From a virus (Duplodnaviria > Caudoviricetes), in IMG/VR virus record IMGVR_UViG_3300032307_000402, positions 1-60,721 of that record: a stretch of 60,721 nucleotides of DNA. One strand, 5' to 3'. Positions 1 through 9,302 of this stretch are shown piece by piece; the stretch's first letter is position 1; each line of letters begins with the position of its first letter. Made by a program: the position numbers and the translations under genes. The notes beneath the pieces are model-generated. The model was not told where the DNA came from. It ran no database searches and saw only the letters and a program-made list of their open reading frames with translations.

Positions 1-828
1 TAGGGTCTTGATACGGGTCTTCTCGTCAGCGTTCTCACGCTTGGTGTCTAGGAATCTCAAGATGTCTGGGTGGTGAGCGTTTAGGTAAACCGCACCTGCA
101 CCCTGACGAGCACCAAGCTGGTTAGCGTAGGAGAATGCATCCTCTAGCATCTTCATTACTGGAATAATTCCAGAAGACTGGTTCTCAATCTTCTTGATTG
201 GTGCACCCTGCTCACGTACATTTGTTAAGTTTAGTCCTACACCACCACCACGCTTTGATAGCTGAAGAGATGAAGTAACTGCACGAGCAATAGACTCCAT
301 GTTATCCTCAACACGTAGCAGGAAGCAAGAGACAAACTCCCCACGCTGCTTCTTACCAGCGTTCAGGAAGGTTGGTGTGGCTGGCTGGAAGCGACCAGAA
401 ATTATTTCGTCTACTAAATCTTTAGCCAAATCAGCATTTCCCTTTGCTAGCATAAGACTATTCATTACGACACGATCCTCAAATCGCTCCAAGTATCGTT
501 CACCATCAAATGTCTTTAGGGCATAGCTTGTGTAAAACTTGTATGCACCAACAAATGTTGGGAACCTGAACTTATATGAATAGGTGTGCTTAAATAATTC
601 TTTAACAAATTCAAAGTCATACATATTAAGCACGTCTCTGTCATAGTAATCATTATCTACTAGATACTCTAGCTTTTCTTCTAGACTGTGAAAGAATACT
701 GTATTTTGGTTTACATGGTCAAGAAAATAAGCTTTGGCTGCTGCCTTGTCCTTGTCAAATTGAATCTTGCCATTTGCATCATATAGATTGAGCATGGCAT
801 TTAGCTCATGATAGCTGTAGTTATCCAT
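1..828 (-). CDS. nrdE: Ribonucleotide reductase class Ib alpha subunit (partial, runs off left edge)
   Basis: Not in the ORF track. Manual translation from ATG at 828 gives [28 protein letters not shown], later [18 protein letters not shown] and GGGVGL. It overlaps the nrdI stop. Confidence 0.95.
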   Translation of the reverse strand, partial: MDNYSYHELNAMLNLYDANGKIQFDKDKAAAKAYFLDHVNQNTVFFHSLEEKLEYLVDNDYYDRDVLNMYDFEFVKELFKHTYSYKFRFPTFVGAYKFYTSYALKTFDGERYLERFEDRVVMNSLMLAKGNADLAKDLVDEIISGRFQPATPTFLNAGKKQRGEFVSCFLLRVEDNMESIARAVTSSLQLSKRGGGVGLNLTNVREQGAPIKKIENQSSGIIPVMKMLEDAFSYANQLGARQGAGAVYLNAHHPDILRFLDTKRENADEKTRIKTL

Positions 829-1222
829 ACAGTATTTCTAACCTCTCTTTTATTTTGTTAACATCCTCATCAGTGCCGAATATTTCTACCCTGGCAATGA
901 TGGGTACACCTGTTTTTGCTGAGATCATGTCTGCTGCTTTGCAGTAATGTTCTCCAAAATTTGTATTTCCAAATCCAACAACTCCTCTAAGAAGATCCCT
1001 GTTGTTAGGAATATTTAAAAACTTTCTTACCTGTTTTGGTATTGCAGGTGCTTCTGATCCACCACCATAGGTTGGAACAAATAACACATACTCTTTATCC
1101 ATATAAACTGGGTGTGCTGGATCCCACTGAATGGGGATACGAACAGCTCCAAGACCAAGCTTATCGACAAATCTATGAGTATTTCCAGAATAATTAGAAA
1201 AGTACACGATTTGTATGGACAT
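821..1222 (-). CDS. nrdI: NrdI flavodoxin
   Basis: [19 protein letters not shown] and [10 protein letters not shown] motifs; directly upstream of nrdE. Confidence 0.95.
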   Translation of the reverse strand: MSIQIVYFSNYSGNTHRFVDKLGLGAVRIPIQWDPAHPVYMDKEYVLFVPTYGGGSEAPAIPKQVRKFLNIPNNRDLLRGVVGFGNTNFGEHYCKAADMISAKTGVPIIARVEIFGTDEDVNKIKERLEILYG

Positions 1223-1256
1223 CTATTTTAACTCCCCTTTTTTAATTTAGAGACAG

Positions 1257-1286
1257 CAAAGGGGAGAGCAACCTTCTCTCTCCCCT
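1257..1286 (-). terminator. Intrinsic terminator after the exported surface protein gene
   Basis: On the - strand, stem AGGGGAGAG/CTCTCCCCT followed by TTGC, about 16 nt after the stop at 1303. Confidence 0.7.
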
Positions 1287-1302
1287 CTACCATCTTTACT
1301 AA

Positions 1303-2229
1303 TTACTTAGAGCTGATTAGCTTTACCTTTGCACGTGGGAACTTCTTGTTCCACTCTCTGGCAAGCTTGTTGTGTGCCTTACGATTATCAACTGCCTTAG
1401 TCTCAGCAGCTGCTAGCTTAGCCTCTAGCTCAGCAACCTTTGCATTTAGTGCTACTACCTGTCCTGCTAGATCTGCAACCACCACAGTTGAAATAACCTC
1501 AGTGTTTGGCTTTGCAAGACCTGCAACAGCAGATGCTGAAATAGTATTAGCAATTACAGTTGTTCCTGCAGTAGCAGGTGCAGTTAGAGTTGCCTCATAA
1601 CGCTTGTCAGTTGCATCATATGAGAATGAGCCAACTGTACCACGAATAACTGTTGAAGAAATTGTGGCATTGGTTACAGCATTACCAAATACGTCAGTAA
1701 CTGTTGCAGTTAGTTCTGCAGTTCCGCCAATGTTAGCAGTTGTAGGTGCAACTACAGCTAGGTTGTACGCTGAACCAGCAGTACCCTTAACAAAGTATGT
1801 AGTAGTTACGTTATCTGCTGTTACGGTAACGGTTCCAGTTGCTGTAGTAGTTGTGTAAACAAATACATCAGCAGTGGTTCCAGTTCCAGTTGCCACAGTT
1901 ACAGAAGAGGTTCCTGCATCTGCCTTGACAGTTGCTGATCCAGTGGTTAGTGCAGTGACCAGCCTTGCGTTGGTTGCAGACACTACCACGTTGCTTCCAG
2001 TAGCAGCATTGGTTACAGCAATCCTAAGAGCATCAGCGGAATCTACGCTGTTGTCTGCAGGGACTGGCAATGAAATTGCGGTTGCGACAGAAGTTCCAGC
2101 AGTTGCTGGTGCACTTCCTGCTACAGTTAGTGTTGTTGTTGCAGCATTAGCTGGGACTGCAAGAATTGCAGAACCAACTAGAGCCAATGCAGAGGCAATG
2201 GCAATTAGTGGCTTCTTTAACGAAGTCAT
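1303..2229 (-). CDS. Exported Ala/Thr/Val-rich Ig-like surface protein with C-terminal coiled coil and basic tail
   Basis: Sec signal peptide (MTSLKKPLIAIASALALVGSAILAVPANA), beta-rich body with an Ig-like TVTDVFGNAV motif, coiled coil, then HNKLAREWNKKFPRAKVKLISSK. Confidence 0.7.
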   Translation of the reverse strand: MTSLKKPLIAIASALALVGSAILAVPANAATTTLTVAGSAPATAGTSVATAISLPVPADNSVDSADALRIAVTNAATGSNVVVSATNARLVTALTTGSATVKADAGTSSVTVATGTGTTADVFVYTTTTATGTVTVTADNVTTTYFVKGTAGSAYNLAVVAPTTANIGGTAELTATVTDVFGNAVTNATISSTVIRGTVGSFSYDATDKRYEATLTAPATAGTTVIANTISASAVAGLAKPNTEVISTVVVADLAGQVVALNAKVAELEAKLAAAETKAVDNRKAHNKLAREWNKKFPRAKVKLISSK

Positions 2230-2250
2230 GTGTTTTTCTCCTTCTTTGAT

Positions 2251-4026
2251 TTAAATCAGATTAAATCTATCCAAATATTCACGTACATCATCTGGCATAG
2301 GTTTATATTGTATCACATCGTCTTTGTGCTTGTCAATAGCAGTTTTTGGCCTATCCTTAAAAGTATGAATCTCAACTTCAAGGTTTTGATCTCTTGGAGT
2401 ATGCGAGATAGCTCCAAAGATTGCTCCACAAACAGCATCTGCAAGGTCCTTAGACTTTTTACGTGGGTGATCCACCCTATTATTGCTCATAATCTTAAGC
2501 TCTGAAAGCTCATCAAATAGCAAGTCAATCATTGGCATTGCCAATCTTTCTTCATAAATTAGCATGGCCATATCTTCATAATGTTTCTTTGCAACTGATA
2601 CTGTTTCTGTTCTCAGACCTACTGCCTTTAGTTCATTCTGAATATCAAATGACTGCCAGCGGTCGAATGAGACCATGCCAATATCAAACCCTAGTCTTCT
2701 TAAGTTTTGAATCCACTGCTTAACTTCTGATAAGTTAACTGGACCCTCTACCTTTGGCTCCCACCAGGCGACAGCATCTACTACCACGACTGGTGCAATC
2801 TGCTGGTAGTCCTTAATAACTTGAATATTTACCCACTTATCTACGTGAGCAATTGCAACAGCACACTTGTCATGCTTCTGTGCAAGGTCAGCGTGGACAA
2901 AGTATTTCTTATTTGGATCTGGAACAAATGTTTCATCAAATCTTCTAATCTGATCTAATGGATTTCTTAGTGTCATTGCTGCACGAACCTTTTCAGTTTG
3001 CTTAAAGAATCTATCAGATGAGAATGTTGGAATACATGCAAACCTTTGCATAGCATCGCCCATGTCAGTAAAGAATGCGAGCTTAAAGTCATCAATTTTT
3101 CTTGTTGGGTTTACCACCCAGGTAGGACGCTTAAGAGCAAACATACCAGGATACTTATAGCTTACTACGGTATCTTCGTCCCACTCAATATCTAAGTAAT
3201 TTCCCTCTTGATCTTCTGGAAGATCTGGATTCATAACAAATCTATGACGCTTTGTAACAACTTCTTTTTCAGCAATTACTGATTCATACCTTGTGGAAAT
3301 AAAGTCTCCTGGAAAACGTGGGAATGACAGAAGGGCTACCTTGCCCAAGTCTGGGAAACGAGAGTCTACGGAAGCACGGAAGGCCTTATAGATGTTGTCT
3401 GCTGTCTTACCTTGGTCATTTCCTGTTCCAATTTCAGTAGCAAATCCAGAGATTTCATCAAGTACTGCCAGGATAAGGTTAAGCCCCTCGTGTGACTCTC
3501 TTTCCGAGTGTCCAGAATATACTGTGATAGATTTGTCAAACTCAATTGATTCAGCTTTGGCATAAAACTTTCCAGCGAACCATGGGGACTTCTCAATCTT
3601 AGTCTTAAAGCCTTTAAAGAATACGTTTTTCGCCTGCTGTGCGTTAATCGCAACGTTGATGATATCAATGGCATCACCACTAGGCTTACCAAAATATCGT
3701 GCAGGATCCTTAAGACATAGTAACTTGTATACAATGTAGCTACATGCAACCGTTGATGTAAAGTCTTTTCCACTGCCCTTTCCTAACTGAAGAATAACCT
3801 CATTCTTTGTATATTTTGCATAGTGCTTACGACCCTCTGACTCACCCATCAACTCTATAAGGTCTTCTATCTTGTAGATTTGGCTCATTGCCTCTACGAT
3901 GTCATATTGAACCTGTGATAATGGTGGCTGAGCAAGATAATCTTGTCCTTCAACAAAAGCCTTAACATCTACTGGGCGTTCTGCAAAGTTATCAGATTTT
4001 AATGCTTCTAAAAAATCATCAAACAT
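2251..4026 (-). CDS. terL: Terminase large subunit
   Basis: Walker A GKGSGKD, Walker B AVLDE, nuclease motifs HADLA, SFDRWQS and KDLADA. Confidence 0.9.
   Translation of the reverse strand: MFDDFLEALKSDNFAERPVDVKAFVEGQDYLAQPPLSQVQYDIVEAMSQIYKIEDLIELMGESEGRKHYAKYTKNEVILQLGKGSGKDFTSTVACSYIVYKLLCLKDPARYFGKPSGDAIDIINVAINAQQAKNVFFKGFKTKIEKSPWFAGKFYAKAESIEFDKSITVYSGHSERESHEGLNLILAVLDEISGFATEIGTGNDQGKTADNIYKAFRASVDSRFPDLGKVALLSFPRFPGDFISTRYESVIAEKEVVTKRHRFVMNPDLPEDQEGNYLDIEWDEDTVVSYKYPGMFALKRPTWVVNPTRKIDDFKLAFFTDMGDAMQRFACIPTFSSDRFFKQTEKVRAAMTLRNPLDQIRRFDETFVPDPNKKYFVHADLAQKHDKCAVAIAHVDKWVNIQVIKDYQQIAPVVVVDAVAWWEPKVEGPVNLSEVKQWIQNLRRLGFDIGMVSFDRWQSFDIQNELKAVGLRTETVSVAKKHYEDMAMLIYEERLAMPMIDLLFDELSELKIMSNNRVDHPRKKSKDLADAVCGAIFGAISHTPRDQNLEVEIHTFKDRPKTAIDKHKDDVIQYKPMPDDVREYLDRFNLI
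2307..2315 (-). promoter_or_regulatory. Extended -10 promoter TGATACAAT inside the terL 3' end
   Basis: Matches the recurring TGnTAnnnT motif, about 78 nt upstream of the start at 2229. Confidence 0.5.
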
Positions 4027-4558
4027 CTTCGCTTACCACCACAGTTATTACTTCTTTGTCTTTAGATGCGTCTGACAATCTACGCATAATCTTGTCACGT
4101 ATCTCAGGATGCTCTGCAGCGATGTCTTTAAGGATACCAACAAGAATTTCTTGACGATTTTCAATTGCTATCATCTCCTCAGCAAGTTCTTTATTTTCCA
4201 ATAGCCCAGCCTTTTGTAGCATATCAATACGCTTAGACTCAAGGTCCATCACCAGTTTGATACCTGCAGTTTTGGCAGTCAGGTTTGCGGTAGTGGTGGC
4301 ATCATCAATAACTTCATACGCCTTTTGAATAAGCTTGGTATAGTGAGTATCAGCACCCACCAAGGCTTCTTTGGCACGAGCACGTATAGCTGCATTGTCT
4401 GCAGCCATTGCTCTCCATTCATCAATGTATGCAACAACCTTTTGGCGAGGCATGGCTAGCTCTTTAGAAATTTGAGTAGGCTCATTTCCCTGAAGATACT
4501 TTTCAACAACCTTATTTACTGCATCAAGATGCTGTACTAGATCTTCTTCTACGCTCAA
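4019..4558 (-). CDS. Probable terminase small subunit (HTH plus helical region)
   Basis: N-terminal HTH (PTQISKELAMPRQKV), helical body, overlaps the terL start. The functional call is positional. Confidence 0.55.
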   Translation of the reverse strand: MSVEEDLVQHLDAVNKVVEKYLQGNEPTQISKELAMPRQKVVAYIDEWRAMAADNAAIRARAKEALVGADTHYTKLIQKAYEVIDDATTTANLTAKTAGIKLVMDLESKRIDMLQKAGLLENKELAEEMIAIENRQEILVGILKDIAAEHPEIRDKIMRRLSDASKDKEVITVVVSEDV

Positions 4559-4832
4559 CCTTAGACCTCCTCTTTGGAATTCTCTTTATCCTATCTACCC
4601 TAAAAGATCTATAGGTTCCAACCTGTCCCCTATGAACTTCAAAGCAGTCTATCCATTGTACACCAGTCTCAGTATTAGTTACTAAAGAATGAAACTTAAA
4701 CTGGACTCCATACTCTCCACGAATTTTAATAATGTCGCCACTATTTATTTCAAAATTGTCAACAGTGACAGAACCCTCTCTTGCAAACTTCGTTGGCTGT
4801 AGACTAACTTCCTCTACTTTACGCCTTGCCAT
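4524..4832 (-). CDS. Hypothetical protein (small beta-barrel-like)
   Basis: ORF track; start moved to ATG 4832, which follows RBS AAGGAG. Confidence 0.6.
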   Translation of the reverse strand: MARRKVEEVSLQPTKFAREGSVTVDNFEINSGDIIKIRGEYGVQFKFHSLVTNTETGVQWIDCFEVHRGQVGTYRSFRVDRIKRIPKRRSKVERRRRSSTAS

Positions 4833-5085
4833 TTCTCTCCTTAGCAATTTTTAAAAGAATTAGATAACCAATAAGATCATCAATATCGTTGTCTCCAGGA
4901 TAGTCAGTTCCTCTAGCAAATCTAGATAGCTTGTCATCAATCCTAACTAATATTTGCTCAATAGAGTTAGACTTAGAAAAGATACGAACTGGATCAAGTG
5001 CTGAATCTCCATAAGCATTATTTTTAGCTATTAGCATTTCTTTAATGCCATCACATACCTTAGAGATGTCTTTGACGGTCTGCAT
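4819..5085 (-). CDS. DUF1599 / nucleotide-modification-associated domain 1 (dATP/dGTP diphosphohydrolase-like) protein
   Basis: KNNAYGDS, RIDDKLSR and DDLIGYL motifs typical of this helical family. Confidence 0.7.
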   Translation of the reverse strand: MQTVKDISKVCDGIKEMLIAKNNAYGDSALDPVRIFSKSNSIEQILVRIDDKLSRFARGTDYPGDNDIDDLIGYLILLKIAKERNGKA

Positions 5086-6107
5086 TAGTTTGCCTTTCCG
5101 TGTGGCTTGCTTTCTGCCAATCCAGAATTGGTAATTTGGATGTATTGACTATTATAGGCAAAATCTCTTAGGTTGTCAACTCCAGTGTAGGACATAGCAC
5201 TTGCGATACCAGACTTAAAGTCATTGATAACGTGCTCTACTGGTCCCTTGCAAGCAACTGTCGTAGAAATACCCTCTACCCCAGAAACAGAGCCACGTCC
5301 GTCTTTTTGTGCTTCATAGGAAGCCATTCCACGGAATAGCTTACGATTACCATCAATAATCTCTCCAGGAGACTCATCAGTACCAGCAAGAGCACCACCT
5401 AGCATTACAGCATTAGCACCTGCAGCAAGAGCTTTAGCAGCATCACCAGAGTTTCTGATTCCACCGTCAGCAATGATTGCTGGACCATACTCATATCCAA
5501 ACTTATTTCTAATGTCAATAATTGATGTTAGAGTTGGAACTCCATGCCCACTAACAACCCTAGTGGTACAAGCAGACCCACCACCAATGCCAACACGTAC
5601 AGAATCCGTACCAGCATCTACTAGCCTAGCAAACCCATCTGCAGTTGCAACATTGCCAGACATGATGTGGATGTCGTTTCCAAATTCTTGTCGCAAAGCC
5701 TTTACTGCATTAATGGCATAGTCACTATGACCATTTGCAGTGTCTACTAGAATTGCATTGGCACCAGCATTTACTAATACCAGGGCATCATCTAGAAAAT
5801 TCCCAGTTGCTCCAATAGAAACAAAGGCAGTTGATCCAAGAGAAACAACCTCCTTTAGCATTCGTGCCTGTGCCTCCACTGGCATGTATCTGTGCAATAC
5901 GCCAAGGCCTCCAAGCTGTGCAATTTTTATAGCCATAGCTGTTTCACAAACAGTGTCCATTGGTGCAGCAATAATTGGTGTCTCTAAAACAATCTTGCCG
6001 ATATTACTTCTAAGACTAACGGTTTTACGACTTGTGATGCTTGAGTGTTGTGGAACTAGCAGAATATCATCAAATGCTAGACTTTCCTTAATGGAATATG
6101 GCTTCAT
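5085..6107 (-). CDS. IMPDH/GMP reductase family oxidoreductase without CBS domains, probably GMP reductase-like
   Basis: FDDILLVP, APMDTV, GIGGGSACTT (catalytic Cys), ADGGI, FRGMAS, VEG and MSYTG motifs. Confidence 0.85.
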   Translation of the reverse strand: MKPYSIKESLAFDDILLVPQHSSITSRKTVSLRSNIGKIVLETPIIAAPMDTVCETAMAIKIAQLGGLGVLHRYMPVEAQARMLKEVVSLGSTAFVSIGATGNFLDDALVLVNAGANAILVDTANGHSDYAINAVKALRQEFGNDIHIMSGNVATADGFARLVDAGTDSVRVGIGGGSACTTRVVSGHGVPTLTSIIDIRNKFGYEYGPAIIADGGIRNSGDAAKALAAGANAVMLGGALAGTDESPGEIIDGNRKLFRGMASYEAQKDGRGSVSGVEGISTTVACKGPVEHVINDFKSGIASAMSYTGVDNLRDFAYNSQYIQITNSGLAESKPHGKAN

Positions 6108-6108
6108 G

Positions 6109-6264
6109 TTACCTTCTTGACTTTCTTAATCCAAATTTTGCAAGATAAACATAGATTGTTTCTACACTTACCCCACACTCTGCAGCAATTTGCTCAGGAG
6201 TTCTTTTATCAAAGTGGTATCTTTTCTTCAACCACATTTCGTTCGTATACAGTTTACTAGCCAT
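6109..6264 (-). CDS. Small HTH DNA-binding protein
   Basis: Not in the ORF track. Manual translation: MASKLYTNEMWLRKRYHFDKRTPEQIAAECGVSVETIYVYLAKFGLRKSRR. It fills the gap between neighbouring genes. Confidence 0.75.
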   Translation of the reverse strand: MASKLYTNEMWLKKRYHFDKRTPEQIAAECGVSVETIYVYLAKFGLRKSRR

Positions 6265-6267
6265 AGG

Positions 6268-6840
6268 TTACTTTGTCAACCTTTCCCAATTATTGATTGC
6301 ATAATGACCAATTGCAATAGCATCAGCTACGTCATTATCAGTAACCTTCTTGTCATATTGAACACTTATATAGTGAATGGTTTTCTCTTTTCTGAGCTGT
6401 CTTTCATAATTTTTATACCATGCGTCAGACTTTCCAGGATTGTCTGATCTAACTTTAATCTTTTCTTCTGTAGAAAATTTCTTATTGCCTATATAGTTTT
6501 GCCATGTAATTGGTGCCACTGACTTTATTGTTTTTATTTTTGATGCCCCAAGCAAAGCACCCTGAACTAATGCTAGATCTGCTGCTGTTTTTGGACTGTT
6601 AATAAAAACAGTATGCTCAATAACCACAGCCTCTATATTGTATAAAGATACAAGAGATGCTGTTTTCTTGGCAGCATCTACAACCTTTTCATAGGTCGTG
6701 GTGCCAGTAAAATTAATCTTTCCAAATCTTACAAGATTTTTATCAGAATAAATTGCGAATGCCAAACTGTTAGTACTTGCATCAATCGCCATAATGTCTT
6801 TTGGCTGGTTAGAAAAGTTAGCTAGATTTACCATTACCAA
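6268..6840 (-). CDS. ruvC: RuvC-like Holliday junction resolvase
   Basis: AIDASTNSLAFA, VVIE and DVADAIAIG acidic catalytic motifs. Confidence 0.8.
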   Translation of the reverse strand: MVMVNLANFSNQPKDIMAIDASTNSLAFAIYSDKNLVRFGKINFTGTTTYEKVVDAAKKTASLVSLYNIEAVVIEHTVFINSPKTAADLALVQGALLGASKIKTIKSVAPITWQNYIGNKKFSTEEKIKVRSDNPGKSDAWYKNYERQLRKEKTIHYISVQYDKKVTDNDVADAIAIGHYAINNWERLTK

Positions 6841-7111
6841 AGCCCTTAATCTCTTTTAAAGCCTTAACAACATCTTTTGGATTGATCAGGCATTGCTGAC
6901 ACAATTCGTCATCGTTATAAATAGAAAGCGATGAATCACAAGATTTACACTTTCTAGTTTTTCCGAGACGACGTTCACGTCTAATAATGGCATATCGCTG
7001 TGATATTTTTTCTTTAGTTGCTAAATCTCTACAACCAGAAGAACAGTATATCTGGTAAGATATGGCTGATTCAAATTGTGAATCACACCACTCACAATGC
7101 TTTGTTTTCAT
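6818..7111 (-). CDS. Cys-rich zinc-finger protein
   Basis: Four Cys pairs: CEWC, CSSGC, CKSC, CQQC. Confidence 0.65.
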   Translation of the reverse strand: MKTKHCEWCDSQFESAISYQIYCSSGCRDLATKEKISQRYAIIRRERRLGKTRKCKSCDSSLSIYNDDELCQQCLINPKDVVKALKEIKGFGNGKSS

Positions 7112-7901
7112 CTAGTGACTCCAAGGACTTGAGTTTTATCTCTCCCTTGCCAGCCACATCACAAGTTGCCTTTAGTGGACAAGTCTTGCAAATCTTTGAG
7201 TTAGATCTGTAGTTTTTCTCAGGAAGCTGTTTAGCCTCCCAAGCCTTTCTTACAGACCTCATCCACTCAAATGCCTGGTTGACCCACTCAACTGCATAAC
7301 TGCCAGCATTTACTTCTACTGGCAAAACTAATAGATCGTGATTATTTTTGTTTTCATAAATAAGCACAGCCTTAGTCTTATTAAGAATTTTCATATAGAT
7401 AAGCAGCTGAATCAAGTGGCCAGTCTTTGGCTTACCTGCTGCCTTTCTATACTCAAATCCCTCGCTTGGCATGGTTTTAATTTCGCCAAGCAAATCTTCT
7501 CCAGCCCAATCAAGGATAACGTCTCCGAATCCAAAAATTGGTGGATCACTATAAGTAATCTTAAACTCAGAATCCTTTAGGATGCCAGCGTCAGCCATCG
7601 CCTGCTGAATACGCTCGTGTGACTTGGTTCCACTAGTCATATTAGCACCACCATAAGCATCGGCATTGTCCTCAAACACTGCACCCTCAAAAGCTAGGTA
7701 CCAATAACGAGGGCATTCTCCATGGGAATATGCAATTGTGCTTGGTGCAAAAGTTTTCTTGGTAGTAAACTTTGGCTCACGCTTAGCGATATATCCATAT
7801 TGAATTTTTTCAATCAGCTCCTGGGTATTCAGTAATGATGCCTTTTTAGATATGCCCTCTTCGGTCTTAAGCATAATCTGTTGCAATAAATTTTTTGCCA
7901 T
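7092..7901 (-). CDS. Cas4-like PD-(D/E)XK exonuclease with 4Fe-4S cluster
   Basis: CPRYWY, GTKSHE, D...EIKT, QLLIY and C-terminal CKTCPLKATC. Likely start at ATG 7901. Confidence 0.85.
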   Translation of the reverse strand: MAKNLLQQIMLKTEEGISKKASLLNTQELIEKIQYGYIAKREPKFTTKKTFAPSTIAYSHGECPRYWYLAFEGAVFEDNADAYGGANMTSGTKSHERIQQAMADAGILKDSEFKITYSDPPIFGFGDVILDWAGEDLLGEIKTMPSEGFEYRKAAGKPKTGHLIQLLIYMKILNKTKAVLIYENKNNHDLLVLPVEVNAGSYAVEWVNQAFEWMRSVRKAWEAKQLPEKNYRSNSKICKTCPLKATCDVAGKGEIKLKSLESLDENKAL

Positions 7902-7909
7902 AATAGCCA

Positions 7910-8221
7910 CTAGCGAATAATATATTTAAGTGCAGCCACCAAGTCATTGATTGACTCAGCAGCAGTATAATAAATATTCTTTTTCGCCCTATCTCCCTTA
8001 TCTACATTTGTCATCCATGTTGCCTTGAAAGCCATCTTTGCAGCAATAGCTTGCAGCCTTACTACCTCAAGAGTAGCAACGTGCATTGGAATATCTGGCT
8101 TGAGAATAACCTTGGCAATAAATTCTAATGCACTAGTGAGTTCTTCATCCTGCATAAAATCGGCAATTTCTGCAAGTCCATTTATTCTATCTATATTATT
8201 TTTGTTTTCTGTTGCTTCCAT
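7910..8221 (-). CDS. Hypothetical helical protein
   Basis: ORF track; preceded by a -10 box at leaderless spacing. Confidence 0.7.
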   Translation of the reverse strand: MEATENKNNIDRINGLAEIADFMQDEELTSALEFIAKVILKPDIPMHVATLEVVRLQAIAAKMAFKATWMTNVDKGDRAKKNIYYTAAESINDLVAALKYIIR

Positions 8222-8227
8222 AATAAT

Positions 8228-8236
8228 ATTATACCA
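8228..8236 (-). promoter_or_regulatory. Extended -10 TGGTATAAT, leaderless
   Basis: 6 nt upstream of ATG 8221; overlaps the upstream stop codon. Confidence 0.6.
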
Positions 8237-8855
8237 CGGCCTCGTCAGTTACGATAGTATCTGTAGCGGTTATAGCCTGCTTATCTTTAACAGTTGCATT
8301 TGCCTTACCTACAAACCAAGGAGACAGAATGTCATATAGTTCTACAAGAAGATTAACATCCTGGATCTGATATTTCTTCATCTCTGCCCAGGCCTTCTCG
8401 TCACCGTCCATACACTTAATCCATAGACTAAATCCAGAGTGCTTAACCTTGGCACCAACACCAAGCTTTTGTGCTACATAGTCTAGCTTATTAGATGGGA
8501 ATAGGAAGTTAGCCTTAGTAATGCTCATAAGGTCTAGGTCCTTTACTGGCGAAGGAGGAGTCATTCCATTCTCCAAGAATTCACGGTTGATGTGCTTGTG
8601 GTCAAATGCTGCAGAGTTCCAGCCTACAAGCAAGTCTGCCTCATTCATTAGCTTGTGTAGCTCTTCCAGCATTGCCTTCTTACCATCGTGATGAACAGAC
8701 TTGAAGATAACTTTCTTCTCACCCAACCACCTTGCTCCAAAGCAAAGCATCTCAGTGCTCTTAATAATTTGATCAATGCTGATGTTCTGATCCCATAGAC
8801 CCCAAGCATATACCTGCATTGGAGTTGTTTCAATATCTAGTAATAGTATTTTCAT
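8229..8855 (-). CDS. DEDD 3'-5' exonuclease (RNase H-like)
   Basis: LLDIET, GWNSAAFD, KLDYVA and YQIQDV motifs. Confidence 0.85.
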   Translation of the reverse strand: MKILLLDIETTPMQVYAWGLWDQNISIDQIIKSTEMLCFGARWLGEKKVIFKSVHHDGKKAMLEELHKLMNEADLLVGWNSAAFDHKHINREFLENGMTPPSPVKDLDLMSITKANFLFPSNKLDYVAQKLGVGAKVKHSGFSLWIKCMDGDEKAWAEMKKYQIQDVNLLVELYDILSPWFVGKANATVKDKQAITATDTIVTDEAVV

Positions 8856-8857
8856 AA

Positions 8858-9139
8858 TTAATCCTCAAGTAGCTGTTCAAGTAGAGATAGCTCTATAATT
8901 GCCAGCCTTGTTTTTCTGCTTCCTTCTCCCAGTACCACGATGATAGCTGGATCATTTTTATTTTTCATTGCATCAGTAGTTGCTTTTGCCCAGTTGTCCT
9001 GGTTTACAGTAAATCCTTTAGGATATTCCTTAAAGTCAACTGTAAAGTTTTCCCAAGTAGCATCGCCCTTCTTGGTATTCCTACCAGAATTTTTGTGCTG
9101 CTTAGCACCAATACGGTTACTCTCGCTCTTCTCGCTCAT
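8858..9139 (-). CDS. Small PD-(D/E)XK-like nuclease / Hjc-type resolvase-like protein
   Basis: SGRNTKKGDA and VDFKE motifs. Start probably ATG 9139. Confidence 0.55.
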   Translation of the reverse strand: MSEKSESNRIGAKQHKNSGRNTKKGDATWENFTVDFKEYPKGFTVNQDNWAKATTDAMKNKNDPAIIVVLGEGSRKTRLAIIELSLLEQLLED

Positions 9140-9302
9140 AATCTTTCTTTGTTTTTTTAACATATAGAGAAACAGTGCTCATGTGTTTTTGGGAACACAT
9201 CCATGTAACCTCTTTTGTATCAGAGTACAGCCTTAAGCTATTTACGACTTCTTTACATGTATGGCAAGGAAACTTGCCAGTGTAAACGGTATACTTAGAC
9301 AC
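9117..9302 (-). CDS. Small zinc-ribbon protein
   Basis: CHTC and CSQKH; overlaps both neighbours. Confidence 0.65.
   Translation of the reverse strand: MSKYTVYTGKFPCHTCKEVVNSLRLYSDTKEVTWMCSQKHMSTVSLYVKKTKKDYEREERE

Noticed and set aside
7092-7901. CRISPR-Cas system suggested by the Cas4-like gene
   Set aside because: No repeat-spacer array or other cas genes were seen; solo Cas4-like nucleases are common in phage replication modules.
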